DNA of 45,200 bases from Folioceros fuciformis (taxonomy: Eukaryota). Where the stretch lies: assembly GCA_049999805.1 (NCBI GenBank), contig JBNGIO010006131.1:71684-116883 (forward strand), given 5' to 3'. Shown here one piece after another: positions 10,146 through 22,761 of this stretch. The notes under the pieces are model-generated. The model was not told where the DNA came from and ran no database searches. It was given only the letters and a program-made list of their open reading frames with translations. The number at the start of each line of letters is the position of its first letter. Position 1 is the first letter of the stretch. Made by a program: the position numbers and the translations under genes.

Positions 10146-12136
10146 ATAATGCACGACCTGAGCTTAGATCACCTTCACCTCGCTGTAAGACTGAGAACCT
10201 GGTTCTTTGCCGCATCTTCATTTTGGTTTGGGGATTTTGTTGCTACTGCTTCTCAGGTGGCAAGTTGGATGCTACTGTGTTCACAGCCAGACACAGCCTC
10301 TGATGTCCGATGGTTGATCACTCCTCACTGTCGTTACGACATAACTCAGCTACCAATGAGCAGAATGCAACTGGTGCAATGGTCCTGACATCATCAGCAT
10401 CCAGATTCTTGCGGACAAACTGATTATCTGGACCTGCGGTATGTCCAAAGCAGTGACGGCCGATTTCCCCTGGAGACTCTGCCAGCCAAATACGTGTAGA
10501 AGTTCTGCGTCGTGGAAAGTGGTAGCCTTGGGAGGAGCTTTGAGTGCTTGATGGATGGAGGAGCCTCCTCTGGTACATATGTTTGTCATTAAAGAGAACA
10601 GTTCTTTTAGAAAAAGTGATTGCCGATGCCTTGAATCCTCTTGAGCTCATAATCCTTTCAGCGTGTCCGGAGTTCGGTGAGGAATACAATGCGTGTGCGG
10701 TTCTGCTGTCATGAAGCAGTGATTGTGTCGCAGGAAGCCAAGCAAAGCTCACGCTCTGGTCTCTCAAATCTCTCTTGGATACAACCTGACCTCACCTGAC
10801 CTCTCAAGAATTCCTCTTCCCAGTTGTGAGACTCGAGAACCTTTAATGAAGCTTGTCGTCTGTTTCCCCTGAGGACGACTCTTATCACTTGGCGTGCATG
10901 GTCATGAAAAGTTTCATGTAACAGGTCTTTCTGCAGGTTGGGAGGAGGAAGCTTTCTTAGAGTATCACGAGACTTGTTGGTTAACATAGATGGCTCGACT
11001 TTGTTCCTGCACATTCCCACCATGGCACCGCTGGCGTGTGCATGACCCTAGCAACAACAGATCGGACACACTTCCGCATACTGAAAGAGCAAGCTGGACT
11101 GGTACAAAGTGAAGGGAAACGATGCCGGCAGGGGTGGACAAGTTTACAGGTCCTGCCTTGCTCATATGGACGTCAATGCCCTTCCTATCAAGACCAGCAC
11201 GTCCTTACGTTGCACGTCTTCCCCGTTTTGGGCCAGACACCCACACAGTTGCAATCTGCAATGCGTGAAGACCATTGATAGGAAGGGGGCCACGCCATTT
11301 ATAGTCCAAAACAAGGGAGATGCATCGAAGCAGTCAAAATTGCGGGATACTTCAGACTCGAGGTGATGCCTCTGCTGGCAAGCGGGTCACGTGCACGGAT
11401 GCAGCGTACGAAAGGCTTTCAGGCGCTGCTCCGCCTTGATCTGAACAGTCGGCATTGGCCAGCCGCGTGGCACGCGATCTGGTTCCTCACACGCCTCCAG
11501 GATTCCGCGTGGGAGCCCACACGAAAGTCTACTTTCGACGAAAGTGGTTATTGGGGACGGGTGGTGCGAGCCTGATGTACAGAGATCAGACAGGTAACAA
11601 CATGACTGCAAAAGCCGTCGCAATCGAGACTGCGAATCTGCTCCTCGCTGGGGCCCCACCCGGCAGACTTTGCAGAAAGGTGTAAACAGTATTTTATGTC
11701 AGGATCGTCTCCTTCCGTGTTCCCTTCTTGTGAGCTGAATTCTTCGACAACAAGGCAAATGCCTGTGCTCGCTGGTGTTGTCTGCTCGATCCCTGATTGC
11801 CTGCGGAACTGCGGGATTTGGGGTGGAAATTGTCGTCCTCTGCTGTTGTGCCATCTGCAGCAATGTGCGGCGGTGGGGAAGTGGCCCAGGCCATTATCTC
11901 TCTCTCCCTTGTGATCTTCCGAGCTGGGCAGGCAGATATGTGACAAGCTCCTTGTTCCGGGAATCTTGTAATGAGCGAAACTCGTGTGAGTCCTTGCTGC
12001 AGTGTGTTTGGTGCGATTCGAAGCGTTTGTTACATAGGTCTCTCGGCAGGTGGGAGTTTTGATGCTGGATTTCTTTGACGCTGTTCATGAGTAGTAGGTC
12101 TTGGTGGTCTTGCACTTTTGAAGTGGGAAAGACATC

Positions 12137-15100
12137 ATGAGTTCGTTGCGATGTAGCCCTCCAAGAGGAGTGGCTTCCCACTACATCAACAGCAGGCTGT
12201 ACACTCTGATTCACATGGAAAGCGACAAGCAAGACTGGAGTTTCGTGGAGAAAGTGGTCCTTTGTCGTGATGAAGTTCTTCACTTCTTCCGAGACTTGAT
12301 TCCATCTACGACATCCTCAAAGATTATCAAGCTGGATCCCTCTCTTCTTCAGGGTTGTAAATTTTACTGTGTAGGCTTCTTCGGAAACAAGACTCTGTTG
12401 CTGACAGTCATACACTATCTTCAGATCAATATAGATAGTGAAACGGAATCCAAAATGGAGAAGGGACCGGGCATTTATGCTTGCACGCAGGGAAGCAAGC
12501 TTTACTTGTTCTATTGGCATCATGAAGAAGCTGAAGCAGAGGCTTCGGCCAAAAGTATCTGCTGCAACTTTGTCCGCTATCTGGTGGAACTCTGCAGCAT
12601 TGTCTATATCTGCGTTGAAGACACTGATGTGACGGACTTTCTGGGCTCTGCATCATTATCAAGTCGCTCTCGGAGACGAGCTCATTTGATGGAATTCCAC
12701 GCCCAACCAGCCGAGGCTGACGTTAGTTTACGTGAGGGCTTTACAAAATCCTTTCAGCACGAGCCATCGGCCAGTTTCTTACTGTGCGGAGGACTTCACT
12801 CAGTTGCTTTACTTATGGGCCAGGAGAAACCTTCCAACACAGTTTCTAGGAGGAAGAATGAGCAGAAGAATATGACGTTGGACGAGCTTCAGGAATTCGT
12901 CAGGACTAGCAGGAGTAAGTACAGCCTCGACTTAAGCATCTTGGAAGAGTTTGAGTTTGTGTTGTTTCTGGAATGCAACCACGACCTCCAGAAGGACTGG
13001 AAAGATGCATGGATGCAGTTGAGGAGTCTCAAAGAAACACATGAGGCCGAGAGGCAAAAGCTCCGCTCTGCAGACTCAGAGCTAGAACTGAAGAAGAAGC
13101 AAGCCGGGCTGCTCAAGATTGTCACCAGAAGTCTTGAAGAATACCTGTTGCTCATGTGCCCGTGGGAGGAAAACCACTTTAGAAATCATGATCCTGCCGA
13201 GCATGTGGCAATCCATCCCGTTTCAGAAGATGAAGTGTTTGAAACTCTGGAGAGTGAAGTTTGTAGATATTTTAACACAGGGTCTAGCACGAGTGGCAGT
13301 TGTCCGAACAAGCTGCTTTTCTATGGGTCACGTATATCCCTGGTCTGCGAGGATAGAAATGAGATACTGTGTCTAAGCAGTAAAGGGCTCGATATTGAGT
13401 CGCATGATGCTGTCCAATCCGACCCAGAAGTGTCGACTCTGTTCGTCATAGAAAATGCCAATAAAGGTTTCGAGCCTGTGCAGTACACCGAGAGGGTTGA
13501 ACTCCGTCCAATTACTTCACAGGGTGGCTCCAGTCAGGTATCCTCTCCAGCTTGCAACCTTACTCATGTGGGAGAGCAAACTAGGCACGTTTGGAAACCC
13601 AGGGAATAAGCATGCAGCTCTTTGAAAGCGTGCTTGAGCATAGAGAGATTGTACATGATATGGAGTTGGGAGGTTCCCTATACGATGGCATGTTAACTGA
13701 AAACGCGTTGGTCTGTGGCAGGTGTATGCAGTTAGATTTTCCCCGTTTGACAGTAATATCAGAGGAGGTCTTGTCCACGCAGGTCTGCCAGTGGGTATTG
13801 ATCAGTTTCCGGGTCTTCGCTTCACTGTAAACGGAAATGCAACCTCTCACGAATCTCGCATGAAGCTTTGGCTGCAGCCATGTCTGGATGTGTCAACCCT
13901 GAAGCTACAGGAGAGGGCAGAATTTGCGAGTAGTATGCTAGACTCTGAAGGCAGTTATGGGATTAACATTGGAAATCCTCCTGTGTTCGTAAATCATGTG
14001 TTTGATGGACTTTTCACTCCACGGACCAGCTTGCCGCGGGTGAGGGCGATGAAGCCGGAAGTTGTGGAGGTTTTCTCTCAGAGATATAAGGCTGCCCGAG
14101 AAGGCTTTTTGGGACGAATTGAGGACCTGATTCACAAAGAAATTGGACACGCCTTACGGGGCAATGTTGAGTTTGAGATGAGTCAGGCCACCGAACATTT
14201 TGAGCAGTCTTGTAGGCTGAAGGAAACAGAACTACTAGACAAACTCAAAGGCACTTTGGGTAAGAATGTGTGTGCTGGCAGCTCGCGACAAACATTGCAA
14301 CTCCAGAGATGCTTTCTGCAAAGTCACGAGACGCAACAGGATATTTTTGGGCTGTTTAATAGGCCATGGGACAGCCAGCGGCTAGTCAGCGTTAAGTACG
14401 ACTATCCTGTGATGAATCGGGATACCATTTCTTGGAGCAGTTTGGAACTGAGACCAATGAGGGCAGCCTTGGGAAAGCTGTCAAGTCAGGCGGATCATTT
14501 GGTCGTTCCACAGCTCCACACATATCACCAACCCTGTATGGAGCTGGATAAGGATGTCGAAGAGCTGTCGAAGGCATTCCTCCTTGAAAGTCAACAGGTG
14601 TTGGCTTTCGTTGTTTGTCATGAGGACGGCAAGAAGTATGTCGAAATTAGGATATACAAGGATCTTGGCAGCCACTTCGGAACTGAACGAAAGTGCCTTA
14701 TGCATTTAAGAAAAGGATTTGATCTCTTGTCCTTCAATGAAGAGAGACGGCTTGTGGCATGTTATGACCAAGGTGATGGAATCATCCGGGTGGCTGAATT
14801 TGATGAGCGATTCCGTCGACTGCAGTGGAGCCCTGACGAAATTCACGTGGTCAAGGCTCTAGGTAAAGAAATGTGGTTCGAGCAACGTTTTCTTAGATTT
14901 ATGGAGTTTGTTCCTGGCAAGCCGGGAAAGGACCATGGCATGGTGGTCGCCGATTCTGAACATAATCTTTGGGTACTGGAAGATGGCAAGTGCAAGGAAG
15001 GAAAACACATACAACTGCCTCTCCCAATTTACCCTGATGCCACCTGTCTTACACCTGATGGGTCATGCCTGTTGGTGCTCGCAACAGACCACGGAAATAG

Positions 15101-18100
15101 CAACATTGTTGTGCACGTGTATCGGTTGGAAGCTGACAGAGTGTCTGCAATTAAGAGCATTGCCCTGGCTGGTACGAAGGTAAGCAAGCTAGAAGGTGTT
15201 AGGGCGCAAACGGTTTTCTTTGGATCACAGCTGCAGCTTATTCTTCATGATAGTAGTGATCCAGGGACCGTGTTTTCGGCTGTTGTGACTGTGCCACGAA
15301 CGTCGTGGCGGACAAGGCAGGGCACCGGGGTCAGTAGAGACAGCGAGAGACGGAGATACTCACCCTTAGCTTATCTGCCGCTCACTTTCGACAAATATGC
15401 AGTAACAAGCCCCCTTGTTCGTCGCAAGAAGGTAGTGAAGTTGACTGTTTTGCATAATGGCGGATTGGCTGAAGACACAGTAGGCAGAGCCATTGAGCAT
15501 ATTGAGCAACTGATACGAAACCTGGTGAACTCCAGGGTTAAAAGCGTGGCTGACTGGACTATTTCCTACTCCTCATGCGATCTGGAGCAGTTTCAGCTCT
15601 CTGGAGAGGACACACATGAATCTTATTTTGTTCATGTGAGTAAGTGGATCCAGGATCTCGTGTGTTTGGTGCCAATTCAGATTGCTCGAGCTGAGTGCAA
15701 TGGCTTGACACCATGCTCTGATGGGCTGAGACAAGTCTCCGTGGAATCTGAGAGCTTTAATGTGTCGGCACTAGTCAAGACCATGAGGTTTGGCTTGTAC
15801 GACGATTTAATCGAAAACTGGAAGGGTAGGGTGACGGTGGTATCATCAATAGGGAAGCAGAGCAGCGGCAAGTCCTACCTACTCAACCATCTATTCGGGT
15901 CGCTCTTTGATGTGGCTGCTGTCCGTTGTACTGATGGTATCTGGCTGTCTTCTCGGCAAGGAGATGATGGATGCCTATACATTTTGTTGGACTTTGAGGG
16001 TCTTGGAAGCCCTGAACGGAGTACACAGGAGGACACTCTGCTGTCACTGTTGAGTGCTGCGGTTAGCGACATCACCATCTACAATAAGAAGGCATGTCTA
16101 AGAATTTTGAATGCTCTGTACTTGGTCATGACTGTGTTCATTTGTGCTTGTGTCCAGTTTAACCCGAGAGTGAGAAAGAGTGAATGTGTGGTCTGGCTGG
16201 CATTTCCCTGTTATCTAAGCATCATTGTGGAATGCAGGATCCCAGCTTCGATAAAGAGATGGAGTGGATCCTTCATAAGATGCAGAACGCAGTGACTTTG
16301 GTTCAGGATGACCATCAACTCTTCAAGGGGAAGCTCTGCATAGTTCTAAAGGATGTCTCTATTGTGAACGATGATGAAGTCTGTGGTGAATTCATGGACA
16401 AACTTGGACAGTGCTGTACCCAGAAGGGCAGTCCATTTTTATCTAAATTGTATGACTCTGGGGTGGTAGTTGTTTCGACGGAAGTTTTTTTGCAGCCGTC
16501 CTTTTTTGGTAGCATCGATTGTGTTGCAAATAATTTACGAGGATTGAGCCCAAGGTATAAGGATGGAGCCAACTTTCTCAGAGACTTGAAGCTCTTCGTA
16601 GCACAGGTATCAACCAAAGACTGGGGCCCTATAGCATCAAAGCGGAAGGCGCTGCGTCTGGGCATCCTGCGTAAGCATCTAGAGCAGGCTGTCAACCTGG
16701 GCTTTGCAAACAATAGTGTATTGGCAAATTTGGATACCAGGGAAGAGATTGTGGACAACTCGGTGAAACTGAACTTTTCTGGCACAGAGTTTGTGTTCCC
16801 TTTGGAGGATACAGGGCTCAAGCTTCTGTCAACCTCGAAAGATTTCACAGGTGTTCTTCCACCACTTCGGGATGCATTTAGAAACCACGTTGATTGTGGT
16901 GACTTCGATGTGGACACGTTGTTCTCAGCATTTGAGAGGTTCTTGGAACTTTTGGTGACTCGAAGGAAAATTCGCGTGCTTCAGTGGCTGAAAGTCAACA
17001 CGAGGGAATTCGAAGGGGACAGTGACGTTCAGAGGCTAAAAATGGAAGCTAGTGCTATGCTTGTGTTTATTGAAGTTGGCCTGGTACTCTGTGGAGCAAA
17101 ATGTGAGCGTTGTTTCTTGAAATGCATTATGCGAAGATCACACGCAGCCAGTCACTCTTGTCAAGGAAGCCATAAATGCTTAAAGAGATGTACATATTGT
17201 GGAGCAGATGGGGTTGCGGTCACTGATATTCGGGGTTGCAGCGATGTGGCAGGGCACACAGGCTCCCATGACTGTAACACAAAGCAGCATGAGTGTAGGC
17301 ATCCTTGTGTGTTTGATGGCCGCACACTTGGCTGCAACAGCAAATGTGTAGCGAAGCCAGGGCACAGTGGTGAGCACAGGTGTAACTCCGTGCGCCATCT
17401 CTGTCGGGAACCATGTTCACTGACATCTTGTAGGAACTCCTGTTCCTTTTCGATGGAAGGCCACCCGCCCCAAGAAAGTGTGGAGCATAAGCATGCTTGT
17501 GATGACAAGAGATGCTTGGAAAGCTGTGCTGTTTCAGGCTGCAATTTCAGGTGTATATACGATCACTTCCATTCTCTGCAACCAGATGCAAATCACCTTT
17601 GTGGGAACGAACATCCATGCCCAGAGCTTTGTGAAATGCCAGGCAACTGTGACGTGGAGACAGAGAGGGCGAGAGTGAGGGATGATGGTACCTTTCACGG
17701 TTTGCGATCAGAATTTCAGTATGAAACTGTTTCGCAGCAACATGGGATTAGAAAGAAGTGTGCCATGATAATTCCAGCATTCCAGAGATTTCACGAGGGA
17801 TCACATTGCCACTCAAATCTCTCGGTTGTGCACTTATGTGACGCTAAATGTGGCTCCTGCGGCTACTTCTGCACATTGCAAATGGGGCACCAAGGACTTC
17901 ATGACACTCTACATGGCAACATGCGAGAAATGAGCTTCGTTGCGGAGGTTGAGGATATCGATGTAATGGACAGGAAGTATTCTTGGGGCGAATCAGGCGT
18001 GGCAGAAATATGCAGCATGTACTGCCGAAAACAAGGCCGTGGTCATATACACTTGATTCCATGTGGACAAACTCGTGGTGTATGTGCAGCTCGACTCTTT

Positions 18101-19162
18101 GATGGAGCAAGACATGAAACAAGGAGTTACGGCCCAAATTTTGATGTTCCCAAGGACGAGCTTACACATGCTGCCTTTTTTGAGCAGATGGGTTTCAAGG
18201 ATCCTTACTCTCCAAGGGAGCAACAATACTTTGCTGGCTGTAACCACTATTGCCGGTCATCAGAAGATCACGACAGTGACAGCTCCTTTTCTGGAGAGTT
18301 TGATTCTCAGCTATTCCTTAGGCATCCCAGAGGCCGCAGATCCTATTGCATACTCAGACAGTGGCACGACCGGGTGGACATGTCTGATCCCACGGGATAT
18401 GTGAGCGCCGATGGCCACCACTTTGGCTGTCAGCATGAGCTAACGTACCACAATCATCTGATATTTGTCATAGACAGGTCCCGCTCCATGGCAAAGCAAG
18501 ATATCAGGCCAGAGTATGAGCGTTTTGCCCAACATCATAACAACCGACTAGGCTGTGTCTTCGAGGCTCTGGTGAGGTTTCTAGCTGACCGGGCTCAGGA
18601 GGCGGGGGCTACCACCAGCCATAACACAGAGCATTACATCTCAGTCATTCTGTTCTCGCTGAAGATCAAGCTTCTCGAATTTCACGAGCACCTCAATCAA
18701 AAACTCTGGCGGAAGTTGCAGAGCGAATTATTAAGACAGCATCCAGAAACTGGGACAAACTTCGAGAGCGCGGTGAAAGCTGTAGAGAGAGTGATCGACA
18801 AGGTGGAGGCAAAGCTGAACAGGGAGAGTACTACAGTCATCTTTCTCAGTGATGGTCGTAGTGAAGAAGGTGGAGATCCCGTCAACGCTGTGAAGAAACT
18901 GAAGCATGACGTTCCTACACTGAGCTTCCACACCGTTAGCTTTGGGACATCAGATGTTGGGCTTCTGAAACGGATGGCCGAAGCTGGCGGTGGAGTACAC
19001 AGGGCCAGCCTGTCAAATGTTGAGTTGGAGGACAATTTCCAAGACATCCAGGAAAGTGCCCGGGATCAGTTCAGCGCCCTTATGAGCACATCCTCTAACG
19101 TCGTGAAAGCAGATGGCAGCCGGGACCTCCTGACCAAAAAGGGTGAAAGCAACGTTGCCTAG
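12137..19162 (+). CDS. Giant GBP/VLIG-type GTPase with Cys/His-rich repeats and C-terminal vWA domain, about 2251 aa, 4 exons
   Basis: Proposed exons 12137-13537, 13603-13723, 13783-16091, 16238-19162 (6756 nt, in frame). G1 GKQSSGKS (15852-15875), G2 RCTDG, G3 DFEG (15990), G4-like IVLKD. Cys/His array at ~17088-18436. vWA MIDAS DRSRS (18473)...GTNF...IFLSDG. Exon 2/3 boundaries are less certain. Confidence 0.88.
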
Positions 19163-19772
19163 ATTGAGTGGAACAGCAGCAACTGTAGCTCGATCCTGGC
19201 TGGGTAAGAGCATGACTGTACTGAAGCTACCCAACTTGTATGCCACCGACGACAGGTGGTGCACGTAATTCGTGTTAAGTTTGATGCCTCGAACAAGAAC
19301 GCTTGTCGATCTAGAAGCTTGATTTGAAATTGTATCCCCACCAGGTTTCCAAGGTACAGTACCGCATGTACTGTCGTTTAACCCTTCCTTGGTGCCCAGC
19401 CCCAACCGCGGCCGACTGATCATGTCACAACAGCGCAACGGGCTCAGATCACCCTCGTCCGCGATCTAACCCCAGTCCATCTGCGCCTTCTCCGCTGCTG
19501 CTCGTGGACAAGGCTCGGAGGTTGCAACTTCCAGCCAGCTGACGAGTCTTCCATTCAGCCAAGAATTGGAACAACTTGCAGTCAAGTTGTGGCCGGAGGT
19601 TCCAGGACGGAAATTAGGTCGAGGTTCATCCACTAGTTTTGTGTTAACGGGACCCGGGTGGTTTAACCGGCTATGCGACCGGGGTTAACATATCCAAACC
19701 GGCTGTCTCGACCTTACGACGTCCACTGGACCAAAGTTTCAACCCGATCACCTTCAGTCCAGGCGGGGAACC

Positions 19773-20730
19773 ATGGCTATGGCTGCTGCAAGCCTCTCGC
19801 TGAGCAGCGCCTTGAGCGGCCTCTCTCTCGGCCACAGTTCCAGCAGTTTTTACGTTGGGGGAGAGGCGCGCCTGGCGCAGCAGGCTCAACCAGCCTCTGC
19901 CGCTGCAAGGCTGCCGGGGCTCGTGATAGAGGCTGCGCACAAGAAGGGATCCGGTAGTACCAAGAATGGCAGAGATTCGAACCCCAAGTTTCTCGGTGTG
20001 AAGATCTACGGTGACCAGCCTGCGCAGCCCGGTGCAATCATTGTGAGGCAGCGAGGAACGAAGGTGAGCGTGCGGAACTGTTCTTTCTACGCAACCTCGT
20101 CAGAGATCGTGAAGAAAATGCGTGAGGCATTCGCAGTGCACTCTCTTCGGTAGAGTGTTCAGCCATGTCGATTGTCGTTTCGGGTTGAGAGCGTTTGAGC
20201 CATTCGGTCCGGGCTGTGGTCTGTGGTGCGCCAGGTTTTGACGGTGCTTTTTCTGGACAATGCAGTTTCACCCTGGGAATAATGTTGGCATGGGGAGGGA
20301 TTATACCATCTTCTCCAAAATCGATGGCCTTGTAAAATTCGAGAAATTTGGTCCTGATAGGAAGAAGGTGGGGCTGAATTCTCTTATTCGTTTTGTTAAT
20401 ATTCTGCTACTCATACGCTAATCCAGCTGTTTGTTCCAGTTCTTGTAAGGTCGCTGCTACAAAGTTCTACTTTGTTCAGTTTTATTCTGTAATCCACAGG
20501 CCCTGATTCTGAGTGTGTTTGAACAGATTAGTGTGTACCCAATTACAGAGGAGGTTGTTGTGAACCCCAATAGCTGCAAGGCAAGGAAGCGCGAATGGTT
20601 TCGGAAGCTGAGGGAGAGGAAGAGGGCAAGGTTGGAAAGGGAAGAGGAGTCTGGGTACGGAATTCCTGAAGGATTGGCTCTTGCCGCTGCCGAGCCTGAA
20701 GACTTATCGGAATCAAGTGTTGTCTGTTAA
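19773..20730 (+). CDS. RPL27: Plastid 50S ribosomal protein L27, 3 exons, 198 aa
   Basis: Exons 19773-20063, 20266-20367, 20527-20730. Ser/Ala-rich transit peptide, then [23 protein letters not shown]...[26 protein letters not shown]. Confidence 0.97.
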
Positions 20731-21269
20731 ATAGTTTTGCCACTGTGTAATGGACGACATCTTTTTCTATCTTGCGATGTCGTGCACTGTTGTCATCATT
20801 TTTTCTGTTTGTGGTGGAGATGGTAGTGGGAAGTATGGCGGTGCAGGAGTTGTCATGTACATTGTACTTGTCGCGTAAGCACAGTTGTGACCACCAGGGT
20901 CAATGATTCATCGTGTCATTTGTATAGGGGTCGTGTCTGCTGTGTTCGTCGCAGACCTTCCGCTGTGATTGCGAAGGTTAATGTTTCATCGTAACATTCA
21001 CTTCAGTTTATGTAGCAAAAATATGTTCTTTTCGAGCAAGTAGTAGAAGAGTGTATCAACTCCACTTCAAGCATGTTGTATGCAATTTATTTTGACAAAA
21101 GATAAGCCGACACATTTACAATTCACATTCTTGCTTCACGAGTGGAAGACAAAAGTTGACAATACACTTTTCTTGATTCCAAATCGTCCACTCCTGCCTT
21201 CACCTTGTTGATGGACTAGCAGACAATATGGTACAGATTTTGCCGAGGCAGATGTCGCTGGATGGTTTT

Positions 21270-22761
21270 TCAACCTTGATGCGCGACGAGAGGATAGTGC
21301 ACGTCCACATAACTCTCCACATCCCACAAAAAGCTCCCAAAAGCCACAGCTTCCATCAACAGTCTCTTTAGGCCAGAGAAATTGATCCTTAGAGTCTCGT
21401 CTTTCCCAATAACCAGATTCCCGTCAAGTCCAACCTTGACATCAGGTTTGCCAAACAGAGCCTCAGTCTGCCTCTCGATCAAGTTAAGACTCTCCCGGGT
21501 TCTCATGGTGACAGCTTTCTGGAGAGTTTCCGCGTCAAATGACATGGCATACGATCTCAGCTTGCACGGCTTCCCGAGGACTTTAAGAAGGCGTGAAGCA
21601 TCAATCGCCGAGTTGCGGGCCGCCATGGATGCCACTGCTGCAGCTGCCTCGGCTGCTAACTGCTCACCTTCAGCCGAAGGTTGGTAGTCAACAGCATCTT
21701 CGGAGTCCGGAGGCTGCTCCACAACACCCTCGGTAGTCAAGACCTTAATCCCCTTCTCAAGCTGGTACCTCCGATCCACCCACCTCAAGAAGTAACCAAA
21801 CATGATGGAAGCAGCATACACCTGGCCAACCCGTAGCTTGCTAATCTGGGCCAAGATATGCTGGTCCGCCCAACTGGACGAGCCCGTTCCTCCAATCACC
21901 ATCGTCATGTGTTCCTTCACCATCTCAAGCGCTTCGGCCGAGTGCATGGACTCTAACTCCCTCTCCATACTGGGCCCCAAATTAACCAGCAAAGGTTCCT
22001 CTCCCACCTGACTTGGCAGCTTCGGCACCAAAGGCAAGCCGCATTCCAGAAACTTCTGCACAACCAACGCGTACATCGTCTCCTCGACAGCTTGCCTCCT
22101 CTCCGCAGCCTTCACCTCCGCAATCCTCCTGCCAAACAAAAGACAAAACCCCCCCTCCCGCTCAACACACCGTAGCAACAACCTCGAAACCCAAGCACCG
22201 CACACTTCCAGCACTTTCTTACTTGTACAGGACCACCTCCGTCCCGGATGTACTGGCCTCCTGTGAAGACGCAGCATTCCTCTCCTCAGCCAGCCGCTCC
22301 AACTGAGAATCCGCGGCGGCCGGCAGCAGATGCGGGTACTTCTCCAACAGCATGACAAGGAACTGCCCAGTACCAGAGGTCGGCACCAGGGGCGCCACCG
22401 ACTTCTTCTTCTCCTGCTCCTCCTCCGCCCCAGGCCCAGCGCTGGCCCTCACGCTAACTCCACTCCTAGACTGTACCAAACCCTTACCCTTCCTCCCGAC
22501 GGGGACTCCGAAAACACTCCTGGTCTGCGAATCAATACAACCAAATCAGCACATCCGCACCCCACCCCACCACACTCCCCCTCAGCTCCAGGACCCACCT
22601 CCGGCACACCTCACCTTTGTCCCTGCCGCTCCAACCCTCGAGCAGCCTGCTGGCGCGAGCTTGAGCATAGGCGCCACAGACGAGCCATCAGCCTGGAGGG
22701 AGAAATTGGCCCCGAAACCTGCTCCCACCTTCACCGCAGCAGCCACACGTAGGGCAGCCAT
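21270..22761 (-). CDS. DUF760 / UV-B-induced At3g17800-like chloroplast protein, 3 exons, 435 aa
   Basis: Exons 22761-22615, 22524-22223, 22128-21270. Motifs PHLLPAAADSQLERL, LYKRIAEVK...EETMYALVVQKF, GQVYAASIMFGYFL, LRSYAMSFD, LLMEAVAFGSFLWDVESYVD. Confidence 0.93.

Noticed and set aside
12137-19162. Three or four separate genes, or a prokaryotic-style operon
   Set aside because: The ORF breaks coincide with plausible splice sites that restore one reading frame, and the G domain itself spans the last junction.
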